Part shown: piece by piece, positions 10,422 to 20,548 of the stretch
How the letters are laid out: every line of letters begins with the position of its first letter
Numbering within the stretch: position 1 is the stretch's first letter
Virus record (IMG/VR): IMGVR_UViG_2061766007_000135
Direction: 5' to 3' (one strand)
Origin: an uncultured virus (IMG/VR IMGVR_UViG_2061766007_000135)
Taxonomy: Duplodnaviria; Heunggongvirae; Uroviricota; Caudoviricetes
DNA: 64,000 nt
Notes under the pieces: generated by a model
Database searches by the model: none
What the model was told of the DNA's origin: nothing
The model's input: only the letters and a program-made list of their open reading frames with translations
Position numbers and translations under genes: made by a program

Positions 10422-10872
10422 TGAAGAACGTATCGTAATGGAACAAGATGAGTATATGGAATATTTGCGCAATCAGGTAAAAGGAGATGCTACCCCTGTT
10501 GCTCAATTAAATCTTTATCAAATGAACAAAGATTTGGTAAAAGGTTTAAAATCAATGACCAATATGGAAATTAATAAAGCACTTGAAAAAGTTCAGGCTT
10601 GGTTTGAACCAAATTTTAAATATTATGCTCTTTTAAATCATGAACAACATTATTTTACGATTTTTCATGATTGCAATTATAAAAATCCAAACAAAACATC
10701 AGAAGCATTTCTGCGAGCATTAAAAGATATTTTAATGAATTGGTATGGAGATAATGATATTCGTGCGATTGATGTGCAAGAGGATGGAGCAGTAGAAATT
10801 TGGGGTATGTGGAATGGCGAACCTACTGTTGCTTATTTATTTCCATATGATCAAGGAGTTGTAGATTATTAA
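10414..10872 (+). CDS. Hypothetical protein (152 aa)
   Basis: GAGGAG SD before ATG 10414; TAATG coupling to the next gene. Confidence 0.75.
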   Translation: MPDEERIVMEQDEYMEYLRNQVKGDATPVAQLNLYQMNKDLVKGLKSMTNMEINKALEKVQAWFEPNFKYYALLNHEQHYFTIFHDCNYKNPNKTSEAFLRALKDILMNWYGDNDIRAIDVQEDGAVEIWGMWNGEPTVAYLFPYDQGVVDY

Positions 10873-11135
10873 TGGAAAAGATTGGTTATTTAAATTTAAA
10901 TGCGACGATGCCCACTTTATTTTCTTTTGTTGATGAAAAAGGTGAGATTCATAAGTTTGAATTTGCTATCGGTAGCCCAAAAGAGTGTATAGATACTGTG
11001 AGTATTCTTATTGAACAACATGGTGTAACTAAAGTTCATTGTAATAAGTTGGCTTATACAGTACATGAAAATATTGCACAACTCTTAAAAACTAATTATA
11101 ATTATAATAATTGTAGCTTTGATCTAACAGAGTAA
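10872..11135 (+). CDS. Hypothetical protein (87 aa)
   Basis: Coupled ORF within the operon. Confidence 0.7.
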   Translation: MEKIGYLNLNATMPTLFSFVDEKGEIHKFEFAIGSPKECIDTVSILIEQHGVTKVHCNKLAYTVHENIAQLLKTNYNYNNCSFDLTE

Positions 11136-11146
11136 GGAGAAAAAAT

Positions 11147-11380
11147 ATGGCTCGTTATCTATTAAATGTTGTTGAAAGTTATCGTGTAAATACCGTTGAT
11201 GAAGCTTTGGCTATGCGTGATGAAATGAGCGCCGCGACAGAATATGAACTACAGTCTTTCCAGTATACTACTAAATTTAATAAGAAAACTGAAGAAGAAT
11301 ATCAGGTCGTAAAAGTAAAGAAAATTATTAATGATGAGAAAGATCCAACATCTGGAGTACAGGTGAATTATGAATATTAA
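11147..11380 (+). CDS. Hypothetical protein (77 aa)
   Basis: AAGGAG SD; overlaps dUTPase start. Confidence 0.75.
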   Translation: MARYLLNVVESYRVNTVDEALAMRDEMSAATEYELQSFQYTTKFNKKTEEEYQVVKVKKIINDEKDPTSGVQVNYEY

Positions 11381-11963
11381 TGCTGGTTTTAAACGTATAA
11401 GTAAATATAAAGATGATGAAAGCATCATCTTGCCAGTGCGTAAAACAAAAGCATCCGCAGGCTATGATTTTTATGTCGCGGAAGATATTGTTGTACCTAG
11501 CTGGTCAAGTACTATTGAAGCGGATTTCGCAAATGAATTAGCGAAAGATTTAAGTTCATATTATGGAACCTTTGAAGACTTTGTGAAAACTCTACCTTAT
11601 GATTTAGAAACTACCTCCACTCTAGTAAAGAAGTATAACCATAAGGTTACATTAGTACCAACTGGTATTAAGGCTTATATGCCCGATGATTGGTATTTAC
11701 AGCTTAGTGTGCGTTCAAGTCTTCCTTTAAAGCATTGGATTATTTTAGGTAATGGCGTCGGAATTATTGACTCTGATTATTATAATAATCCAGATAATGA
11801 AGGCCATATTTATTTTCAATTAATTAATCTTTTACCTTTTGATATACAACTGAAGAAAGGCGATTGTATTGGTCAGGGAGTCTTTCTACAGTATGGTACG
11901 GTAAATGATGATAAGGGTAATGACACTGAACGTGTCGGCGGATTAGGTTCTACAGATGCGTAA
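11370..11963 (+). CDS. dut: Trimeric dUTPase
   Basis: SAGYDF, LVPTGIKA, RSS, GIIDSDYY, IGQGVF, RVGGLGST motifs. Confidence 0.93.
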   Translation: MNINAGFKRISKYKDDESIILPVRKTKASAGYDFYVAEDIVVPSWSSTIEADFANELAKDLSSYYGTFEDFVKTLPYDLETTSTLVKKYNHKVTLVPTGIKAYMPDDWYLQLSVRSSLPLKHWIILGNGVGIIDSDYYNNPDNEGHIYFQLINLLPFDIQLKKGDCIGQGVFLQYGTVNDDKGNDTERVGGLGSTDA

Positions 11964-12444
11964 TATATTAGCATTAGATCAGGCTACCCGTACTACCGGG
12001 TGGTCTGTTTGGCATAATAATACCCTGACTGAATATGGACATATAACTTTTGATGATGAAGATCCATTTAAACGCAATCATCATTTTTGTTAGTGGCTAG
12101 GCACTATGATAGAAACAAGAGACATTGAGTTTGTAGTTATTGAAGATATTTAGATGTAGGTGTAGAATGTCTCTACATTTTAGAAATTGGCTTGGCTCTA
12201 GGGCGCTATCATTGAAAAAGTGCTATGCTAGAATTTAGATTATAAACTATTACGTCCAACTGAGTGGCGTGCAACTTGTAATCTTTTAAAAGGCTAGGAT
12301 AAGCACCGTGAGAATTAGAAAAAAATTGCATAGGATTGGGTGCTAACACATTTTAATCGTAAATGTACCCAAGATGAAGCTGATGCAATTTGTATAGGAT
12401 ACGCCGCAATTACTGCGGAAGATAATGAATTAAATTGGGAGTGA
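11956..12444 (+). CDS. ruvC: RuvC-like Holliday junction resolvase (162 aa, 10 in-frame TAG read as Gln); missing from the ORF track
   Basis: Hand translation: MRNILALDQATRTTGWSV...VVIEDI(Q)M(Q)V(Q)NVSTF(Q)KLAWL(Q)G...PTEWR...TQDEADAICIG; RNase H-fold acidic motifs; fills the dut-holin gap exactly; ends TGA. Confidence 0.88.
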
Positions 12445-12448
12445 GTAT

Positions 12449-12862
12449 ATGGAATGGGCTGTTATAATTGAAGAAGTATTTCGTATTGTATTAATTCCAT
12501 TAGTCGGCATTGCAGTTAAATACTTAATTCAATTTGTAAATATGAAAATTGATGAATTTCAACATAAAACAGATAATGAATTGTATCAAAAATATTTAGC
12601 TATGTTGAATGATACAATAGTAAATGCTGTTACTACTACTAATCAAACTTATGTAGATAGTTTAAAAGCACAAGGTAAATTTGATCTTGAAGCGCAACGT
12701 ATTGCATTCCAAAAGACATATGATGCTGTTATTGCGGTTCTTGGTGAGGAAGCACAGCGTTATTTAAGCGCTGCAGTTGGTGATTTAAATCAATATATTA
12801 CCAACGCTATTGAGCGTCAAGTAGTACTTGATAAATTACTGACACCTGCTACAAATGGATAA
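12449..12862 (+). CDS. Holin-like membrane protein (LL-H-type), TAG-free
   Basis: Single N-terminal hydrophobic helix, AVTTTNQTYVDSLK segment, C-terminal IERQV; family call from recall, not from a search. Confidence 0.6.
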   Translation: MEWAVIIEEVFRIVLIPLVGIAVKYLIQFVNMKIDEFQHKTDNELYQKYLAMLNDTIVNAVTTTNQTYVDSLKAQGKFDLEAQRIAFQKTYDAVIAVLGEEAQRYLSAAVGDLNQYITNAIERQVVLDKLLTPATNG

Positions 12863-12908
12863 AAAAAATAAGGGGTTACTCGTATTTGAGTAACCCCTTA
12901 TTTTTTTT
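12861..12908. terminator. Bidirectional rho-independent terminator
   Basis: Perfect 21-bp inverted repeat AAAAAAAATAAGGGGTTACTC-gtattt-GAGTAACCCCTTATTTTTTTT between convergent stop codons. Confidence 0.93.
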
Positions 12909-13479
12909 ATCCAATTTCATTATGTTCATGTAATGGTAAAGCACGCACACGCTCGTCCCAAATATCCATATGACCATTACCACCTAAATCATGATATAAA
13001 GTCATACGTTCATTATATTGCATTAATTCAATCGGCGTAATATACCCACGCTCAATATAGATTTTACAAGTTTGAATTAAATTATGCAAATGTAAATCTA
13101 AAACACCTTGTTGCAATAATAAAGAATCTTGTTTACTATCTTTTAAATCTGCTCGAATTTCAGCAACTGAACGTTGTAAGTCTTTAACCGCGATTAAAAT
13201 TTCATCGTCTACAGCTTTACTTGCAGCTTCGGCTTGTGCAAATTTTTTATCAATAGCTTCTTCCATAATACGTATTTGCACCTAACATTTTTCACTTAAT
13301 GCTGTTGAGTTACGAGCAAAAGCATCCCATTCCGCCTATTCACGTTGTCGAGCACCTGCTTGTCTATCTTTTTTATTAGGATCAATCAGGTGCTTAGCGA
13401 TTAGTCCGATAATCGCCGCCGCAAGAACTGGAATACCCCATTTAACAAGAGTTTCCAATACTAAACCCCATGTAACCAT
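12907..13479 (-). CDS. Lysis-region membrane-anchored coiled-coil protein (190 aa, 2 TAG)
   Basis: GGAAGGGGAG SD; N-terminal TM (WGIPVLAAAIIGLIA), C-terminal YHDLGGNG...VRALP typical of holin-adjacent Firmicute phage proteins. Confidence 0.7.
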
Positions 13480-13494
13480 ATTTACTCCCCTTCC

Positions 13495-13851
13495 TTAGCC
13501 TAGGATAGCATCTTTGTCATCGCTAGGCTCGCTATCACATTGAGGAGCGAGTTCCGCGATTGCTTTATAATTTTCAGCAATTTTTTTGTAATTTTCTACA
13601 CCGGCTTTTGCTGTATAACCGAGACGCAATGATACATATGTCGTAGTTAAATAAGCAAAAATTGTTTGTGCAAAAGTACCAAGTTCAGGTCTAATCATTA
13701 ATAAAATTAATAGTGTTAAAGATAAAAAAACCCACGTTATTATATCAACAATCGTGAGCTTTTTACTAAATTCAAGCGGTCGCTTTTGCTTTCGCTAAGA
13801 TTGCGGCGATTGCTTTTGCTTGCGCTTCGCTATCGCATTCTAACTTGACAT
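13495..13851 (-). CDS. Putative two-TM holin-like protein (118 aa, 2 TAG), overlapping the endolysin 3' end
   Basis: EFSKKL + TM1 + TM2 + YTAKAGVENYKK; the only ATG upstream of TM1 in the stretch read is 13851, reached through two TAGs. Confidence 0.55.
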
Positions 13852-14692
13852 ACCATTTTTCTTTAGATTCTGAACCATTAACTTTTACCAAATATTTATT
13901 AGACATATAACCAGATTTGTCGTTCCATTCAATGGCTGACCAATCGCCTTCAACAGCCAGCACATCAACAATTTGCCCAAAACGTATAGTAGTAACTACC
14001 CCATATTGTGTGCCGGGGCCTTTACGTAAATTAACTGTAGAGCCGGATGTACCAGTAACTTTAGCTTGATAAACCATTTTTTTCACCTCGATTTTATCTG
14101 GCTGGCTTGGCTGAATGCAGCACTTTTCAGCTTCACCATAATTGGTATATATTACAGTACCAGGATAATAAAATTCTAAAATTTGTTTATAATTAAATCC
14201 TTGTTTAGCCATTTCTTTTGCTCCATACTATGACATACCTACACCATGGCCATTACCTGGACCATTGTCATATGGATCAATTTTAGCTTGTAAATAAGGA
14301 CGATCGCCACCCCATTTTTCTTTTGCGGATTTAATGCGACCTCCATTAGAATTACTATATGAACAAGTTTCTATTAATTTGCCATTATAATATAAAACTT
14401 CCCCTTTTGTCTCTTCTACAGCTAACATTGCATTAGGATACAAAGAGGAAATACGAGAGGCGCGGAAAGCCTAATGTTTACTACTTTGATCAGTAATATA
14501 CCCTTTGTGGGTATACGTATAAAGAGCAAAAGTCCGCGCGGCAACTGCTTGGGCTTTACAAGCTTCTAAAAGGGCGTTGCCAATCTCACTTGGTACAACG
14601 CCCTTCAAATACTCTTCAAACTCAAGATCTACTTCATTCACTCCATAGTGTTCTAGGTTTTCCTATCGTGAAAGAGCGACTTTAATATTCAT
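13772..14692 (-). CDS. SpoIID/LytB-family lytic transglycosylase + SH3b domain (probable endolysin; 306 aa, 3 TAG)
   Basis: EEYLKGVVPSEI, EACKAQAVAARTFA, AVEETKGEVLYYNG, SNGG, PYL, GHGVGMS(Q)YGA...ILEFYYPG; C-terminal VNLRKGPGT...GYMSNKYL SH3; TAGs at 14663, 14471, 14228. Confidence 0.9.
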
Positions 14693-14991
14693 CAGAATAC
14701 AATATTTACACTAACTGAAATCTCTGTGCCGTTAAGAGATTCATTAATTGAACTAATATGAGCAGTAAGCTGGTCAATATTATAAAGTGTATTCTGTTGG
14801 TCATCCTTAATAGTTAAACGATTAATACCATTTAGGCCATAATCACGAAGCCAACTTGCGGTATTGGCATCATTTACAACATTTAAATAAGCCATAGAAT
14901 TCATAATACCATTCTCAAAAGTAGTATTACGATTAAAACCAGTCAACTGAATAGTCTTGCCAGCATCGCCATTAAATATTACATAAGTCAT
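14692..14991 (-). CDS. Hypothetical protein (99 aa), TAG-free
   Basis: GGAGGG SD; TGATG coupling to the endolysin. Confidence 0.75.
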   Translation of the reverse strand: MTYVIFNGDAGKTIQLTGFNRNTTFENGIMNSMAYLNVVNDANTASWLRDYGLNGINRLTIKDDQQNTLYNIDQLTAHISSINESLNGTEISVSVNIVF

Positions 14992-15008
14992 AATGCTTAA
15001 CCCTCCAA

Positions 15009-16058
15009 TTATATAAATAAAGCTCCATTGCCGAGTAGCTTAATATAGCTTTCCGGCATATCATTATTAGCAGTAGCCCAACAATAAATCGACATAATAG
15101 CATTAAATAATTTATCTCGATCTTGCTCAATTACTTCATTCTATGCTACCAACTAATCCATTTTATTTTCAAAATCATTACGAATAGTTTGAAGATTTAT
15201 GCCCCTATTAACCAAAAGATGACAATCATAAATATTGCCTTGATAATCTATGGTTTTACTTTCGATACCTGCTAGACAACGATGATATTCACTTGTATAA
15301 AACATTTCATTATAAGTTTCATACTAACGTGCTACATATACCCATTTATTATAATTAATTCCATCCTATTTGGTATAATTTCCTGGGACTTCCATAGTAG
15401 GAGCAGTTAATCCCACTTGCCAATATTCAGAACCAAAAGGAGCATTCTCTATATTGGGTAAAAGTTTTTTATGTAAATGCGTCATATCAGTAAACCATAA
15501 TACAGGATCAAAAGTTAAATCTTCGGCTGTTAAAGTGGCTTTTGTAATTAACCGTAATTTTGTATATGTGTATAAGTGAATATCTGCTATATAAGTATTA
15601 TAAATAGTTGAAATATTATTTACACAAGTATCAAAAGAATTAATACCACGTTTATTATCGTGCAAGCGTTTGGGCCCATCTAAGCTTAATTGTATAATAA
15701 CAATTAATTTACGTTTATGTAAAGTACAATAAGTTAAAAGTGGCTTAATAAAATCCTAATAAAAAGAAATAGATTGCCCATTTGTAGGAATCATAATATA
15801 CCGAATATAAGGGTCATAGTCTAAAATTTCGGTAATAAATTTTTCAAAATATTTACCATTAATACTAGGTTCCATACCCCAGATACCTAAACTAATAATA
15901 TCTGGAGTTAAAGCGGCTCGAACATGATGCGCAAAACTCCCATCTTGTAATGCAGCAACAATATTAGCATTAGTATTATGCTGTTTATTCTACATAATAC
16001 AATAAGTACATTGTTCATTACAAATATCACTATAATATATATCTAAATTTGTTATCAT
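15009..16058 (-). CDS. Radical SAM enzyme with SPASM/twitch-like C-terminus (349 aa, 6 TAG)
   Basis: CNEQCTYC (CxxxCxxC), WGMEP, PTNG, SLDGPKRLHDNKRG, CLAGIESKTIDYQGNIYDCH; ends TAA. Confidence 0.85.
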
Positions 16059-16123
16059 GATTCAAACCACTTTTCATCTTCCCAGGTATTTAGCCACAAA
16101 GCTACACATAAAGACATACACAT
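16055..16123 (-). CDS. Small Trp/Cys-rich ORF MCMSLCVALWLNTWEDEKWFES (22 aa), candidate leader or precursor peptide
   Basis: AAGGGGGT SD 8 nt upstream; its TGA overlaps the radical SAM ATG (ATGA). Confidence 0.45.
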   Translation of the reverse strand: MCMSLCVALWLNTWEDEKWFES

Positions 16124-16145
16124 TTCATTTTACCCCCTTTACTTT

Positions 16146-16174
16146 ACAGTATAAAATTTTTGTCATTTTGTCAA
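16146..16174 (-). promoter_or_regulatory. Possible sigma70-type promoter for the peptide/radical SAM/lysis genes
   Basis: TTGACA (16174-16169), 17-nt spacer, TACTGT (or TATACT at 15-nt spacing). Confidence 0.45.
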
Positions 16175-16177
16175 ATT

Positions 16178-18292
16178 TTATCGCACATAAATCCAAATGC
16201 GGCCATTAACTTCAATATCTTTAGGCACTTCTTTAGAACCTGCGTGCCAAATTTCATAATTCGGAATTTCTGAAACAGTACCAATAATTCGTTCTGGATA
16301 CATCATAATTTCTTCACGAGTCATTATATCTACTGTCCCATCAGGAGCACTACATACAGCTGCACCTAATGAATAATCATCACGATTACGATATGGATAA
16401 ACTAATACACGTCCACTTACTGCAATAGGAGTTTTACATTCTTCTGTTTCACCAATAGCAACACCAAAAGTGTCTGAAATAATTTTAGCACTGGGCATTA
16501 AACGTTCAGTTGCTAATTGCATAATGCCAGTTTGAGTTTCAATAACTACTCTGCCGGGTTCATCTATATTAGTTGCTCGATATTCAGCATAATCATTCCA
16601 CACGGCACCTTTAATACCTAAAGTACTCCTTACATAAGATGCTCCATCACGATAAATTAACCAAGCACCACTACCTGTAACAACTGTACGTGCATTACCA
16701 TCCCAATATGTATTAGTATATACACCCTAAGCTCCACCTGAACAACCGAAATAGACGTCTAAATTCTTCTAATCTCCATCAGCATTTCTTACTGCAAACC
16801 ATCTCTATGAACTATCTGGACTTTCAATCGTAATAGTATTTTTAAACCACCACATAGAGGTCCCATAACTCCATGAAATTTTACCTGCATGAGTTGAATC
16901 ATTATCATTATAAGGGAAAAGAGCTATGCTTGGATCATAATTATTTTGTGCTTTTATACAAAGTGTACCGCCTACATTGTGATCACCAATATAAACATCA
17001 TCACCTATAGCAAACCAAGTGTTATTTACACCCGTTTTTACTGCATTGGGATCATCTGCGTAACCATAAAAATGAAAATGTGCATCAGTGCTATCATAAT
17101 GCATTATAGTAGTATAAGTACCACTACTATAATTTCCTAAACGTAATTTATTATTATAAAAATCTAATTGTGCATAAGAACTAGTGTCATTATATCTATA
17201 TAATCTAATGGTTCCGCCATTACCACTACCTGTGGTAGTACCACTACCATCCGCCCATATTGCAACTCCTTGAAGCCATTGTTTTGATAATACCTAAAAA
17301 GTAGTAACTGGTATTGAAGTTATTACTGAACCATCTTTATAATATGAACCAAAAAATGTTGTCATCCAATCTAACCAAGTCCCATTATTATAATTACGTT
17401 GTAAAATTTGATACCCAGTCATATCTGGACCAACTACAGATCGCGCGCGTATAAAATCATATCCTAATTTATCATGATAACTTACACTATCAACTTCCTC
17501 ATCTGGTGCATTAGAAGCACCTAAATTATTATACTGTATTGTAAGAGAGGAATTAGCACTTTCATTTTTTAAACAAACATTTCTTATTACGGGAGCTGTT
17601 GACCATGAAGGAGGAGCACCAGTGCCGCCACCAACTAAAACTACATTACCAGCACCTACATCTGTTGATGCAGTTGTCTATGCATCAGTCGCATAAATTA
17701 CTCCCTAAGTAGTATAATTAGTAGATGATTTACCTACAAAATATCTATTACCACCTACCGCAGGAATCGTCCAAGTTCGATCTGAACTAGCCGCACTTTC
17801 AATAGTTGCGCAATAAGCATTACTATTATATAATTTAATCTATCCTTTATAATTGCCTTTAGTGCCAGAAGCAGTCGCATTACCTATTTGTAATGTACTT
17901 ACGCCAATAGCGCTTGTTGTACCCATTGTAGATAGATGCGCACGAAATGCAGTAGTACTACCACTGGTATCATAAATATAATATCCACCACCAGTGCCAC
18001 TGCGATAAAGAAAAATTTCTTGTTTGCAACCAAGACGTTTATCAACTACTAATCCACCTTTAATATACAAAGAGCCATTATTAGTTGATGAACTATCAGT
18101 AATACCATTTATAGTAACTACCCAACTTGCAGCATCAGTGCCGGCAGTAGAAATACCACCATACCATTGACCATTAGAGGGAGTAAAATATAATTCATTA
18201 GCATTAATTGTGTTATTGGCTAATGCGGCATCATATTGCGCCTATGTTAAATAATTAATTCTCAAAGGAGAAACACTTGTTGTTGTAGCCAT
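16178..18292 (-). CDS. Tail fibre/spike with C-terminal intramolecular chaperone (peptidase G2-like) domain (704 aa, code 15)
   Basis: Fragments 17840, 16805 and 16178 share one frame joined by TAGs; C-terminus WNDYAEY...PGRV...IISDTFG...PIAVSGRVLV; N-terminus INYLT(Q)AQY. Confidence 0.8.
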
Positions 18293-18309
18293 TATATTTT
18301 ACCACCTTT

Positions 18310-19062
18310 TTAATTTGCTATTAATTCAAAAGAACGAGCAATTGTATCACGATATGCAGTTTGATTACCTTCATATACTTTCCACTGGCAGGATATAGTA
18401 GTTGAAGCGGGCACTAAAGCCTAAATACTTGCCGCAGGACAATATGTACTATTTAATCGAACATTTAAGCCTGGTATGATAAGATTTAAATATTCATTAC
18501 TGGCACCAGATGTTCCACCACGACTTGCCACTCCACTTCCACTAGGAAAAACACCATAAGCAGTTGAAGCATAAGCAGCATATGTATTATTAGCTTTTTG
18601 ATATAAATAATTATTATATGTAAAACCACTACCAGTACCAACACTGAATGTTGTACTTAATGCTCCAGTAGCAGATGCTATTGTATAATAATGATCGATT
18701 GCAAAAACCCGTCCAACTGCACTACGAATACCATGAATAGTAGAAGCTACATTATTACTGCCATAATTATAATTTACTACACATTCATAAAAAATAAGAT
18801 ATGCGAATAATTGTGTATTAATAACAGGAGCTCCATAGGTGCCTCCTATACGATAACAAGTTGCACTATTGCCGACTGTTGTTGTATAAGTAGTAGTAAA
18901 TAATGGAATACTTTGAGACGAAGTGGAAGGAGTTATAGTGCTAAACTAAGTTTGACCTAAATTAAAATTATATGTTTTAGTAGCAATTAAATGCCCACCC
19001 ATCATAAAACCATCATTCGGCTATGTTAACTAAACTTGATTTGTACCTAAATAAAGCGCCAT
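18310..19062 (-). CDS. Tail fibre-associated protein (250 aa, 4 TAG); missing from the ORF track
   Basis: Starts MALYLGTNQV(Q)LT(Q), like MAVYLGS at 29608; GGTG SD; ends TAA. Confidence 0.75.
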
Positions 19063-19066
19063 TAAC

Positions 19067-20548
19067 TCACCACCTTACAATTTCTATTCCTGGCACTGCT
19101 GCCCATTCTGGCGCACCAGAACCATTACTCTTTAAAAACTAACCAGAAGTACCTGCAGTTGTAGGTGCATAAATAGTTGCAGTTGATTCTGCTTTTGATG
19201 TACCATTTAAAGTTACACAAGTGCCTCCTGCATATGTTTTACCAGCAGTAATTACACCATCTCTAGTTACATAAACTGGTTTAGTTGTTGAGCCTACTGC
19301 GCTCCATACTGCGGCCCCAGTAGTTGAATCGATAGTAGAATCTATATGTGCTAATGTTTTCCATACACCATATGTCCAAACACCATTACTTTTTGCAAGA
19401 TGACGATATAATAAAGAAAAACTACTATCCATAACAAACTATTTGATATAATTTTCACTATAAGTAGCAGCATTAATAAGTTTAAAACCGCAACCCCAGT
19501 CAGGCAACTAACCATGCAAAGTTTGAGTACGGGGACCATTAATTGAATAATAAGTACCAGGTGTAACAATATCGGTATCAATATTAGTACCTTCCGCAAT
19601 CTCCTAGCCCACTGACCATAAATTTATACCAATACCAGGAATATCTCCGTTAGTATTAAAATAATATTTAGTCCCATCACAATAACCAATATAATAACCT
19701 GCTGGAAAAGTATAATTAGTTGAACTAGAAGCTTGGCCATTTAACCAAATTGGTAATGCACCTTCGCCGCAAATATTTAAAGTTAAAGCCTATGCTACAC
19801 TATTGCTATTTACATTAAAAAATGCGAAATGCCCTTTCTAAATAGTATAATTACCAATACCATAACCAACTTTAGCTGCAGTTCCTGCTGCTGTATCTGT
19901 ATAAGCAGTTAAATAATATTGATTATTATACCAATATTGTCTAAACCAATAAGTACCATCATAAATAAACAAAACAATAGCGCCATCTATCCAACCAGTA
20001 GTACAAACACCACTACTCATTGCTGCACTACCATATTGATATACTTGTTTTTTAGTACCAACTGTAGTACCAGATGGATACTAAAATGCTAAAGTCATTG
20101 TCGCAGCAGCAGATGCATTAGTAAATTTTACTGCCACTGTTGTTCCTGCTGTTAAACTAAATCCATCACCATTAGTTAAAATAACTACTTTATCTTTAGT
20201 TGCCTACGCAGTAGAACAAGTCCCATAATATGTGCCTAAAAATGGCTACCAACTTGGTACGCCATTCATTGATTTTAATACTTGCCCCTAAGTTCCTACA
20301 CTAAGACCACTTACTGTATTTGCTGCTGAACCATATAATAAATCACCTTTGGCAACACCAGTAAATGCACTTAATGGAATACCAGTTAATTCTGCACCGC
20401 TACCATAAAATTTATTGGCATAAACATTATTCCATTTTAAAGAACTGGTGCCTAAATTATATACACTAGTTGTTTGAGGATTTAAATTACTTAGTACTTT
20501 ATCGACTACTTTTAGACTAATTACTGAAGTATCGCCGAGAACTGCCAA
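19067..20548 (-). CDS. Tail fibre protein (493 aa, code 15)
   Basis: TTG start after GGGGGG SD; fragments 20288/19838/19139 in one frame; Gly/Thr-rich; ends GIEIVRW-TGA. Confidence 0.78.

Noticed and set aside
68..10506. Short alternative-frame and antisense ORFs inside the replication genes (e.g. 68-367, 811-1236, 3329-3781, 8755-8985)
   Set aside because: Shadow ORFs overlapping well-supported genes, with no recognisable motifs
16090..16128. Alternative micro-ORF MKCVCLYV(Q)LCG (12 aa, 3 Cys) upstream of the radical SAM gene
   Set aside because: SD-to-ATG spacing is only about 3-4 nt and it is not coupled to the enzyme; the 22-aa frame fits better, though this one is not excluded
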